From assembly GCA_043228905.1 (NCBI GenBank), contig JBHGNT010000008.1, positions 5,208,001 to 5,272,000 of the forward strand: DNA of 64,000 nucleotides. The letters run 5' to 3'. Source of the DNA: Azolla caroliniana. Taxonomy: Eukaryota > Plantae > Polypodiophyta. The stretch's first letter is position 1. Every line of letters begins with the position of its first letter. Below, in pieces: positions 1 to 10,851 of this stretch. A program made the translations under genes and the position numbers. Under the pieces are notes generated by a model. It saw only the letters and a list, made by a program, of their open reading frames with translations, was not told where the DNA came from and did no database searches.

Positions 1-1713
1 ATATAAACTTCACTTGCTAAATTGAGAAATTGTATAGTTAGCTATTATCGTTCAATTGAAACTAAATGAATTTTTTTTTTAAGTATTTAAGTGCTTGTGT
101 TGCCGATTTGGGTATTTCAACTCTTTGAAAGAATCACCTCTTTGGAGCTCGTGAGAGTAACACATAAGTCGAACATTTGACTCAAACACACAAGTCTAAC
201 TCTTGAGCCGAACACTTGACAAAATGGAATAGAATAGATGTTTTATTGTCCATAAGGAGGCCAATTTCGAACAATAAGACCAAATCAACATATCATCTTG
301 TATGTGAAGCAAGTTCATGTAGAGAAGATATAACAAAAACTAAAAACATAGATGTTGGAAATAAGGATTGTTTTATGTGCCCTTGCAACACAAACATATG
401 TTAACTAATACACACCAATGCAATGATGCTTCCAATGGTGATGAAAGAATGATCAATAAAGCAAGAAATAATTACCTTGATTGCAAATATACAAAATTGA
501 ATGAAAATGGATGGATATTTATAAACCTTGAATGATTGCTAGACAAATGAGGTGATGATCATTCCTTATTGTTGCATGATTTTGCACGTCATTAACTAAA
601 CTCAGAAAAACAAAATTGCTAGGAGGGAAGCAATTCCCCGTAGAGTAGCCATTACAACAAATTAGAAGAAATTTTTGGATTTTGGAAAATGAAGCTCTTA
701 TTGTAGGCCCTCATGACATAGAAGTTTAATAGAACATACTAATTGATTGTGTCTTTCTTTGGAGATTAAAGCATGTAACAAGTTGAAATAAGTATATTTG
801 ATTACTGGTACTTTAAAGAATCAATGATGACGAACTTTTTTATTTTTAATGGAAATGATCGTGGATGGTTCCTATAGGTGTGATATTTGTAAGATGAGTT
901 TTGATGGGAAGGGACCTAGATGGCATGTAGATTGAGATGGATAGTCCATGGCAAAAGTGTATTCTTACTAATCCTTAATACAAAGGGATGATATGGGTGT
1001 AAAGACATAGGATTTATTAGAAAGTAGTAAAAGCATGTGGAAAATGGGCTAGCATTAACATAATATAAGGATTAAATGCAAGGGATGAAATGAGGATGAG
1101 CTAGTAAGTTAGTGAGATTATGGATGGTTCTTATAATTATCATGCATAAGAGAGATGGGTTGGGTTAAGCAAGTGATCTAGAAGGATGAAATAATTGGCA
1201 ACGGAAGTGGTCATTTAAGTGAGGCAGGGTGCATGATGCTTGGATGGGCACACAAAAAGGTTGGGAATAACATCAAGAGCTAATAAGAGAAGGTTGCAAG
1301 TACTCAATTCCCGGAATATTAAAGGAGCTAATAAGACAAGGCTTACTTACTAACGATGGAGTGAAGAATGACAACAAACAAGGGGAGTGGCAAGGGAAAA
1401 GGGTAGGTAACAAGCAAGGTTAGTTAGAGATGGCAAGGGAGTCAGGTGTGGCGACAATAATTAGTCTCTAATTTTTCAAGGAAGGCAGAGATGATGGGGC
1501 AAGGGGAGGTATGGCCAAGCACCAAGATAAAACAACGAAAGTGCACATGAGGGTTTTAAGAAAGGCTGGATGAGGGTTTTATACATAAAGGTAACGAAAA
1601 GGTTTATTAGATATAACAAGGAAAAAGCAAGCACAATACATTAGTGTCTATAAAATTTGTAGGATTGGGGGAGGGGGGAAACAAAGGCACATATGAAAGA
1701 AAAAGGTGGTAGG

Positions 1714-2050
1714 GTTTTAAGAGCTTGACATAGGTAAACACATCTACTAGGAGGGGGTAGTGTGACACTATAGATAGGTTTAAGAGTTGACTTAAATTTG
1801 GAAACACTTCTACTAGGGGTGGTGACACTATAGATAGTGAGTTTAAGAGTTGACTAAGAGATAGACATACTTCAACTACTAGGGGGGGTAGTGACACTGT
1901 AGATAATTAGGTTTAAGGGTTGACTTAGAAGTAAACACACTTCTACTAGGGGAGGGGAGCAAGTGACATTAAAGATAGTTAGGTTTAAGAGTTGACTTAG
2001 AGGTGAAACACACTTCTACTAGGGAAGGGGAGTAGTGACACAAGGAGATA
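1714..2050. repeat. Degenerate ~60-70 bp tandem repeat (~5 copies) just 3' of the GLP stop codon
   Basis: Recurring unit GTTTAAGAGTTGACTTAGA..AAACACACTTCTACTAGGGG..GTAGTGACACTATAGATAG. Confidence 0.85.
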
Positions 2051-2080
2051 GTTGGGTTATGATGCTTTCTACCATGGGGT

Positions 2081-2710
2081 TTAAATGAAGGGAGCTTTGA
2101 GTTGGTCGATGACCGAACCCGAGACGCGGAAGGCTTGGGCGAGGATCGACGTGGGGATGGGCACTCCGAAGAGGGCATTGGGTATGGCGAGGGTGCCAGG
2201 GTTGGACGAAGAGAATGTGGAGAAGGCGAGAGCGGGGATGGACGAGTTGAGGTTGGCCTGGTAGTGGAGGAGGCCCCTGGGGAAGACGAAGACGTCGCCC
2301 CGGTGCAGAGTCTGGTTGAAGTAGCGGCCGGACGAGTCGACGAGGCCGACATGGAGCGCGCCTTTGACAACGAAGAGGAGCTCGGCGGCGCGTGGGTGCG
2401 TGTGCGGGGGGAGCACAGACGAGGGCCCGAAGTCGAGCACGGCGGCCGAGAGGCCCGTGCCCTTGAGGACCCCGAACGACTCTGAGGTCACGCGGGTGGT
2501 CTTCACCGAGCCGGGCGCGGTTGCGTTGGCGGTCGCTGTTTGGGCGGCCGCGCGCATGCCCCGGTACGTGAAGTAGTGGCTGTCGGGTCCCGCCCCGCCC
2601 TCCGGGGCCGGGTAGTCGGTCGTCAGCTCCGGGTCCCCCGCCTCCACCACCAATGCCACCACCAATGCCGCCGCCATTATCGCCACGATCCGCCTCGCCA
2701 TCGGCTCCAT
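2081..2710 (-). CDS. GLP: Germin-like protein (cupin superfamily), secreted, intronless, Cys-less type
   Basis: 209 aa. Hydrophobic signal peptide ending VEA-GDP; germin box B PPHTHPRAAELLFV and box C GDVFVFPRGLLHYQ carry the His/His/Glu/His metal ligands; typical C-terminus FSSSNPGTLAIPNALF...ILAQAFRV..IDQLKAPF. Confidence 0.95.
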   Translation of the reverse strand: MEPMARRIVAIMAAALVVALVVEAGDPELTTDYPAPEGGAGPDSHYFTYRGMRAAAQTATANATAPGSVKTTRVTSESFGVLKGTGLSAAVLDFGPSSVLPPHTHPRAAELLFVVKGALHVGLVDSSGRYFNQTLHRGDVFVFPRGLLHYQANLNSSIPALAFSTFSSSNPGTLAIPNALFGVPIPTSILAQAFRVSGSVIDQLKAPFI

Positions 2711-2728
2711 TCTTGCCGCTCCTCTCGA

Positions 2729-2802
2729 GATTCCCCCCCCTTAGATTCTCCCTGCCTAGATTCTCCCCGCCGGATTCTCTCACGGATTCTCCCCCCTGAT
2801 TT
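2729..2802 (-). promoter_or_regulatory. Cluster of GATTC/GAATC motifs and G-runs directly upstream of the GLP ATG
   Basis: GATTC at 2729, 2744, 2759, 2773, 2785 and GATTT at 2798, spaced 12-15 bp. Function is inferred only. Confidence 0.35.
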
Positions 2803-2869
2803 GCCCCGTGTGCCCACGATATCTATCTGATTGCATTAAAAACATTAAACATTAAACATTAAGCCCATA

Positions 2870-3110
2870 CATGATTCATTCAGAGAACCCTAATTATTGC
2901 ATTGCTAATTACCCTCATTGCTTTCACTAAAAATATCTATCTGCTTGCATTAAACATATATAATTCATTCAGAGAACCCTAATTATTACATTGCTAACTA
3001 CCCTCATTGCTTTCACTTAAAATATCTATCTGCTTGCATTAAACATACATAATTCATTCAGACAACCCTAATTATTGCATTGCTAATTACCCTCATTGCT
3101 TTCACTAATC
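2870..3110. repeat. ~89-bp tandem repeat, about 3 copies, plus a further partial copy near 3230-3280
   Basis: Unit AATATCTATCTGCTTGCATTAAACATA..ATAATTCATTCAGAGAACCCTAATTATTGCATTGCTAATTACCCTCATTGCTTTCACT. Confidence 0.9.
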
Positions 3111-3112
3111 AA

Positions 3113-3127
3113 CCCCCCCCCCCCCTC

Positions 3128-3165
<38 letters not shown>
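3113..3165. repeat. Poly-C run followed by (CA)n microsatellite
   Basis: Direct reading. Confidence 0.95.
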
Positions 3166-3166
<1 letters not shown>

Positions 3167-4390
3167 TTTGGCAGCACCAATTCCCTCATCCTATGGTAAT
3201 TAAGCCCGATTTGCCCATGTGCCCACCATATCTGCTTACATTAAACACACATAATTCATTCAGAGAGCCCTAATTATTGCATGACAGCACCAATTCTCAC
3301 ATCAGATAGTAGTTAAGGTATTTAGAATGGGAGTTATAAAGAGAAGCGGATTACTGTAATTAGGAAACAGAATCCCCGCCTTTCACTTTGTTAAATCTCC
3401 CACCGTGCTGGTCACTGATCAAACCTGCCATTCGAAAGTTATCAGAATTAGATCACTATGCATTCCTAATTAGTTAGAAACATTGAGAAGCTAAGTACGA
3501 AAAGTTAATTAGTTAGAGTACTTAGAACCTGCTAATCAGAATTCCTAATTAGCACAAGCCCAATGAGTAAGTACTAAGAGCTAGTTAGAATCCCTAATTA
3601 TACTCGATTGTAACCAAACCAACACCCCTAATTCCACCCATCCGAATCTAATCAGTGCCCATATACATTGAAGAAACGCTAATTAAAGCCTTTAGTACAT
3701 TCAGTAGGAGTAGAAGGTAGTTACTAGCTTGGGCATTAATCACACTCATTGGGAGGTAAGTAGTGATCTAAAAAACTCTGAATGAGTTGTCAGAGGCTAA
3801 TTATAGTCACTAATTAGAGACCCTAATGAGATCATTTCCCATATTTCTCGATGGGCAATTAGGCCAAATCACTTGCGGTTAGAGACTAATCGCCTGTAAT
3901 TAAAGGGTAATCATCAGTATTTGAGGAATTAGAGACTAATGTATAGGAATCAGCAGGAAAAGTATGGTGTTTAGAAGGTAATTTAGAAGGAATTTTAGAA
4001 AACCCGAGAATATTAGCTCCTAATCAATACGGATTAGAAGGCTAATTATTGAGAATAGAAGATTAATTTAGAATGTGCCTTACGAAACCCAGAGGTTATT
4101 TCCTAAATCGTACTGATTAACAGCCTAGTTATGGTGATGAGACGGCTGTTTATATAGATTAGAAGCTAATTTAGAGTGCTGGTCTCCAGAAACCCCCAAA
4201 AGATTAGTCCCTAATCACGGGGGCTAACCACGCCCATTAATTGCAATCTATTGAACGAGAAAGTTTTGTCCTCACTCCAAGCATTAATGTTTGTGGCGGC
4301 CAAAAGTGATTGAATCGCTAATGGAATGAATTAGGAAGGACGGAGGTAGATGAAAGGCACACTAATCAATGATCAGGGGTACTAATGAGG

Positions 4391-4888
4391 GATTAGTGAG
4401 GGCAATTACACAAAGTAGATTGGGAATTAAGGACAAGCTCGAGTACTAATGAGTAATGAAGGGGTGATTAGTGAGGGCAATTACACGAAGCAGATTGGGA
4501 ATTAAGGAAAAGCTTGAGTACTAATGAGTAATTAAGGGTTAAGGGGTGATTAGTGAGGGCAATTACACGAAGCAGATTTGGAATTAAGGAAAAGCTTGAG
4601 TACTAATGAGTAATTAAGGGGTGATTAGTGAGGGCAATTACACAAAGAATATTGGGAATTAATGAAAAGCTTGAGAACTAATGAGTAATTAAGGGGTGAT
4701 TAGTGAGGGCAATTACACAAAGCAGATTGGGAATTAAGGAAAAGCTTGAGTTCTAATGAGTAATTAAGGGGGTGATTAGTGAGGGCAATTACACAAAGCA
4801 GATTGGGAATTAAGGAAAAGCTTGAGTTCTAATGAGTAATTAAGGGGGTGATTAGTGAGGGCAATTACACAAAGCAGATTGGGAATTG
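4391..4888. repeat. ~75-bp minisatellite, about 6.5 copies
   Basis: Unit GATTAGTGAGGGCAATTACACAAAGCAGATTGGGAATTAAGGAAAAGCTTGAGTACTAATGAGTAATTAAGGGGT starting near 4391, 4466, 4548, 4623, 4698, 4774 and 4850. Confidence 0.95.
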
Positions 4889-5222
4889 AGGGTTTGCAGC
4901 TCCTTTTTTTTTGTGTGTGTGTGTGGGGGGGAAGGGGGGATAAAGGATCCCAAAAAATTTGCTCTTTCTTCACTTGAAAAGGCTTTTGTTATAAATTTTG
5001 TTTTGTTATAATTTTGGGCTTAAGATTTATTATATATATACAATACTTTAGGAGGTAAAGTTCACTTACTCACTCATTCATTGTCTTTGGGGGGGGGGGG
5101 GGGTCCAATGTGTCAAGAACCAACAAAGAGAAAGGAAACACCCATTGCATGCATGGGACACACACACCCCTCACACCTTCCCTCGTCCTCTCTCGCCACA
5201 CACGCCCCTCTCACCATCAATC

Positions 5223-5275
5223 GTGTCTGTGTTTGTGTCTGTGTCTGTGTCTGTGTCTGTGTCCGTGTCTGTGTC
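5223..5275. repeat. (GTGTCT)n microsatellite
   Basis: Direct reading. Confidence 0.9.
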
Positions 5276-8200
5276 GACCAGCTTCCACACACATAGCCAC
5301 TCTATATCTGAAACACTTCAACCAGGAAAAGAGACACAACGACGACCCGACAAAACCTTGCATTGCAATCTATGTTCACGCCCTTCCTTGGCAGCTCTTT
5401 CCCCGCCCCGCCCCTTGTGCCTCGCTGATCCATAACCCAACGTATTTATGCCTAGCCAGCACATTGTGTGCTGCTCTAAAGCCATTTGAAGAAAGATCGA
5501 GACAATATATGTATACCATCTCGGCCCAAAATCCTAGTCGTTCACGTCGTGCCGGTCTCTTAAATGTCCTATCCTTTCAAGCATCGGAAGGAAACCTTGG
5601 CCAATTCGTACCTGGAAACGGAAAAAAGGTTCCTAAGACAGGACACGAGATACTACACATTTATAGGGGCCCAACTTCGAGGTTGCTTTCTCCCCCATGT
5701 GCCTAGCACTTACGCTACACCTCACCTACTAGATCTCACGGCGTCCAACAATCACTACTCTCTCACCACATGAATAAACCAAGCATTGCGCCTATTTTGT
5801 CAAAACACAAAATATATTTTGTGCTCGTAAGTATGCAATGGAATCACACACATGCCATTTCCCTATGGCTCATTTTATATGTCCCATGTTTGTTCAAATC
5901 ATGTACTTATGCCTAGAGCATTCCAAATGAATAAATCTTCCATAATACGAGAAACATTTGTAGTTAATCCCTTGCACCAACTTTGTGTGAGCTCAAAACA
6001 TTCCTTGAATACATAGAGAGCATGTGCATTGAGCATCTTGCATCATGTCATTAATATGTAACTCACTACATGTGGACAATGTCATTACGAATCTAACTCA
6101 TAACTCATTTCATAAATAGGTGTTAATGAAGCCCCATAGTAAGGCTATTAGTATGTATATGTTAAGACTTTGGAAATTTCAGAGTTGATACCTTGACATT
6201 TTTAACTAGAGTCCATTACACATAAAAGCTTCCTTCATGGCATTTCACAAGAGGCAAACTTTACCATCTCTTAATTATGGACAAGGACTTGCATCAATGC
6301 ACATTTCACTTGACCTAGTAAGCATGCAACTCTAATCCAAGCAACATGCTGCATTTTTAACCAAACTACTACTAAACTCAAGAGTGGTAGGAAACGTCTT
6401 TGTTCAAGAAAATTTTATTTTAACATGCAATTGTGATGATACAAAGTGTATGTACCCACGTCAAAAGTAAGAAATCTTTAAAAACAAAGACTTCCAAGAA
6501 TTAATACAATGTCCATGTACGAGGGAACATTGCTTTTTAGTGTGAACCCATCTTCCTTATTTTGGATGGAATTAAAAACTTGGGGCCATGCTCAAAAGAC
6601 AATAAGACAAGTGGGGAGAATTTTAAGATCATTAGTTCCTTGGACATAAATTGTCACAAGCCCAACTGTTCTTTGTGATTGAGTGTGAATCGGCAATGAA
6701 ATAGTGAAGTGGAAGCTAGAATGCGGGTCATAAAGGCTCATTTTTTTTATCATTGTTTAAGGCAAAGTCAGTCCAATGAAAGAGGACGATTTGTTCTAAA
6801 AACATTTAACAATATAAATTGGAAGATTATGCATCTACTAAAGGACATCTTGATGAATATATTGACGAGTTTTTAAGAGTTATCTAATAGGCTTTTCGTG
6901 GATATCTATTTTCCAAAAACAATTTATTTGTTCCAAGTTCCATGATGAGCTTTTTTCCCAAACACCACCGTTTAGGGGGATTGCTTGTGTGAACATACAT
7001 TGTAATGCACAATCAATACATTTCCAGTAACAAAAGGGTTTCAAAATCACCACCTTATGATTTGCATTAGCACAAACCATAATGAAATTATTTACTCATA
7101 GCTTTGTTTCATCCGAAAGGAACCATTATGATGGAAAAACTTACCTAAAACCCAACTGTGGATAAAAGAAAGCTCAGAATGAGTAAGTTATTGTGAACCT
7201 TGATGCCGCACTTGACAATGTTGTTGGAATGGATGACATGCAAAATGGATAAAGGTAGGGGGTGAGCGTGATGCTTCTTGAGCTTGTCAAGAAGTATAAG
7301 AGGGACTAGTATTTTGGAAAGTGTGGATTTAGCAACAAAGAGAAGTGGGTGTTTAAAATATAATGCATCATGGTGAAGAGAAGGAGATTTGCATGTGCAT
7401 TACCTTAAGAATAAAAGTTCTCGTTGTGAAAATACAAAGGTCATTTCCATACCAATGTGATAACAAGGTGTTGGTGATCTTGTTTATGCAGTAGGGTATT
7501 ATTTCTTGACCAACATTCAAAAATTTCTCTTTGTTTGGACCATGTCATCATATGATCGCTAAGCATTATAAATTAACTTCATTGTGACAATTACCACTTA
7601 CATTGCCAATTTCATAATCTATATCCCTCTCTCGACTGCAAAAGACGATGAAAACATCACCTAGTCATGAGGAAATTGTGCCAAATAATCATTTGAAGTT
7701 ATTTATGGTCAAGTTTGGTCTAATGGGCAACCATATGTTCATTTAATCACTTGATTTTATTAGGTTGGAGGGTATACATAGGCACACACACACACGTCTA
7801 GAAACAAGGATAGAAGAAATATGCTAACAAAAGATCAACCCCAGATTGACCTTCACAATTGAAAATGATACGAAACATTGCTCCATGATGGTGGATCACT
7901 ATCCACACAACTTGTGTTTCACGGTTCATTATTAAAAATTCCTAAGTTTGGGATTAATAATTATGTAAGTTCGTCAGACATGCAATTGCATTATTAATGA
8001 GAAAGAACTTACCTAAAAGTATCACATATAGACTTGAAAGCAATTTATGAGTATATTTTTACTTTTTCTTAACATGATTATACCAGTGTGCATCACAAAT
8101 TACAATATTGTTTCTAAATATAGGTTTAGGTTTATTTCATGCAAGTAGATGACATACAACTAATGGATCAAGAAATCCTAGTGGTATGGATATTACTAAC

Positions 8201-10851
8201 GAGACACTTTGAAGCTAGAATTTCATGGAAACCTACAAATCATTACCATCATCATGCGCATGCCTCAACTGTGAGGATTCTTTGCAATTTGTGGTTTAAT
8301 CACATCATAGTTTACACATAAATGTTCCAAAATTTTGGAGAAACTTGAGCCAATTGATCCCCAACAATGTTTTGTTTTGTTTTATTTTATATACATAAAG
8401 CCTTGCACTAAAACACAATACATATTTTGGAACTTTTGTTAATGATTTTAATGGGTACGTTACACGTATTAAACCAAGCTCTTAGTTACTAGTGTTTGCA
8501 ACATTGATAAGATTACGATAATGGTTGTTGGTAATACCTTTTATGTAGGTCGTTAAGAAGTCTAAGGTTTGACTAGTCTAATCACCTGCAACGAGAGTTT
8601 TCTTTATGTTAAAACTCCATGTAGAATTTTTGAACAAATCAATTTCTTAAAGATTAGAAGTTATAATCCAAAGGCTAAATAAATAGTTAACTCATTTGAG
8701 TCTATCTCTCACTCCACATGAACAAAGGTGATGACTTTTGCAATTATAGTATTTTTCTTCATTGTTTTCTAGCTTCCTCCACATCATTTTGTTCCATGGG
8801 ATAACCTCGATAGAACTTAAACCTTAAAGTGTAACGAGGGCAATGTCTCATTTTCATTTTGATTGGTTACTTATTAGACATGAGATAAAATTTCTAAAGG
8901 TGTAACTAGTAGCTTTCAGAGTAACGGATCATTTTTTAGCAATGTATGTGAAAGAAGTAACTAGGGATGTGAGGGTATGCGATTATTTTACGAATGTACG
9001 TGAATGATATGGTGATTGAGGGGAGTTTTCCACCCAAAAAAGGTTAATACAAGATTGTTTTGTTATTGATGTACAATGCGGAACCATGTATAATTCTATT
9101 TGGACTTTCTTGAGTATATGTGTGTATTTACTCATAAATAATAACGGTCGACTGTAATAGTATGAACTTGTTGTCAACTTTTTCTAACGAATTTTCTTAT
9201 AAGAGATTTCAACTTATGAACCCACCTCATGGTTGAATACACCTCAAAAATAATTATGTAATTTCTTCTATGTGGGTATCTTCTTGTTAAATGACCACCT
9301 GAGTTGGAGAATCTTCACTCGGTACAAGGTTTTTCCTACAATCTCACTTCTTTCCCCTCCGCATATATTCTTATAGATGAAGGTTGAACCCTCTTATCCT
9401 TTTGTTTGGACAATCATATGTGTTCTTTATCTCTTGGGAACCCTCTTTGTCTTCGATGTTGAAAGTCTCAATCATTATTTAAAGAATTAATTTGCTAAGT
9501 TTATTATGTTTTCATGTATAAATATCCTACTTTCTAAAATCAAGAAGTAATTTCTTAGACAAGCTACCATTAATGGGCTCAAAACATGTGTCCCCTTGAC
9601 ATTGCTAGTTCCAAATATACACAAGAGTTTGGTTTCTTAGTACAATCTCCCCCACTTACAATAATGGAAAATATCATCATCAACGTAACCTGACGATATT
9701 GTCTAACCAACACCAAGAAGCACATACAAGAAAACAAGAATTGTGCTAGTAAAACATATGGCGTGAAATAAGGCATCATAGGTTAGAAGGAAAAACAACT
9801 ACCTTACAACCTCAAATATGACGTGACTTAGCGGAAAAGAAATTAGAAAATCAAGAACACTTAAATCTCCCATTACCTACATGTAATAAATAACATCCAT
9901 AAAAAATGAGAACCTCAACGATTCAAAGACATACATACTAGATGTGTCTTGTGGTTCTCGGAAGTCTCCAAGGGAAAGTAGTGGGTCTATGAAAGGCATT
10001 TATCACCTACCTACTTATGGTCGCCATTTCTTATTCCCCCCACAAATTTATAAGGCTCGTAGCTTTGCAATAAGTTTAATCTCTTTCACCTTTTGATCAC
10101 ATGACGTCTTTGGAATTTCCTTTTGTTTTACGACAATTCTAGCTATAGTTTTCTTCCTTTCCCAACCCATTGTATATGTTATATGCATACCTCATCTTGG
10201 AGCCAATGCATGCCAAGATGATCATCTCTATGATGGATGTCAATTTCGATATTCGCATTTGCATCATGAAATTTGGATTTGATTCAATTGACTTGTTAAC
10301 TTACTAATAAAACTGATTCATAACGCATACATCACATATAGAACTACTTCGAGCTTTTGGCCGGTAGAATTGATCTTCTATAATCAGTGGGAAATAAAAA
10401 GCATGGGAAATGAGACATAATGTGCAAGGGAGAGGATCAATTCATTAGTGGGTAAAGGGAAGACAACATGTTTAATTGAAGTGCACCAATGTGTCTAACA
10501 TAATGTTCATCTTTTAATGATGGATTCATATATTTCAATTCATGGTGATTTTTCATTACAACACGATTTGACTATTGTTTGAATTCCGATAAGTGGATGC
10601 ATATCCATGGACCATTATGTGAGGAGATCACACGTAAACATGAAAGTATTACATGTGATTGAATATAATTTATTATTTATTTAAATACATTTGAAAGCCG
10701 AAATGTACTCGACCCTTATTTGCATTCCACATCCTATCTAGACGGAGATTGTGTATACGAGGTCATGTAGTTTCATTATTTAATTTGATATTGAATTGAT
10801 GAGATTTCCATAACTTGTGAAATGTTGTATGCCTTATGAAATTATTAATAA

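Noticed and set aside
1-450. Possible degraded minus-strand copia RT (IQDDMLIW-like)
   Set aside because: Only one weak motif; too decayed to support.
1821-1834. GGTGACACTATAGA matches the SP6 phage promoter core (vector contamination?)
   Set aside because: It lacks the upstream ATTTA and is one variant of the local tandem-repeat unit; chance match.
1969-2830. Overlapping alternative-frame and antisense ORFs (254, 133, 127 aa) around the GLP; GLP as a bacterial HGT
   Set aside because: The ORFs are by-products of high GC. The protein has a plant-type signal peptide and germin boxes.
4391-4888. Regular repeat array resembling CRISPR
   Set aside because: Units are head-to-tail with no unique spacers, there are no cas genes, and the context is eukaryotic.
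5081-5773. ORFs of 71-198 aa with CVCV/CLCL/SVSV runs
   Set aside because: Microsatellite translations with no recognisable domain.
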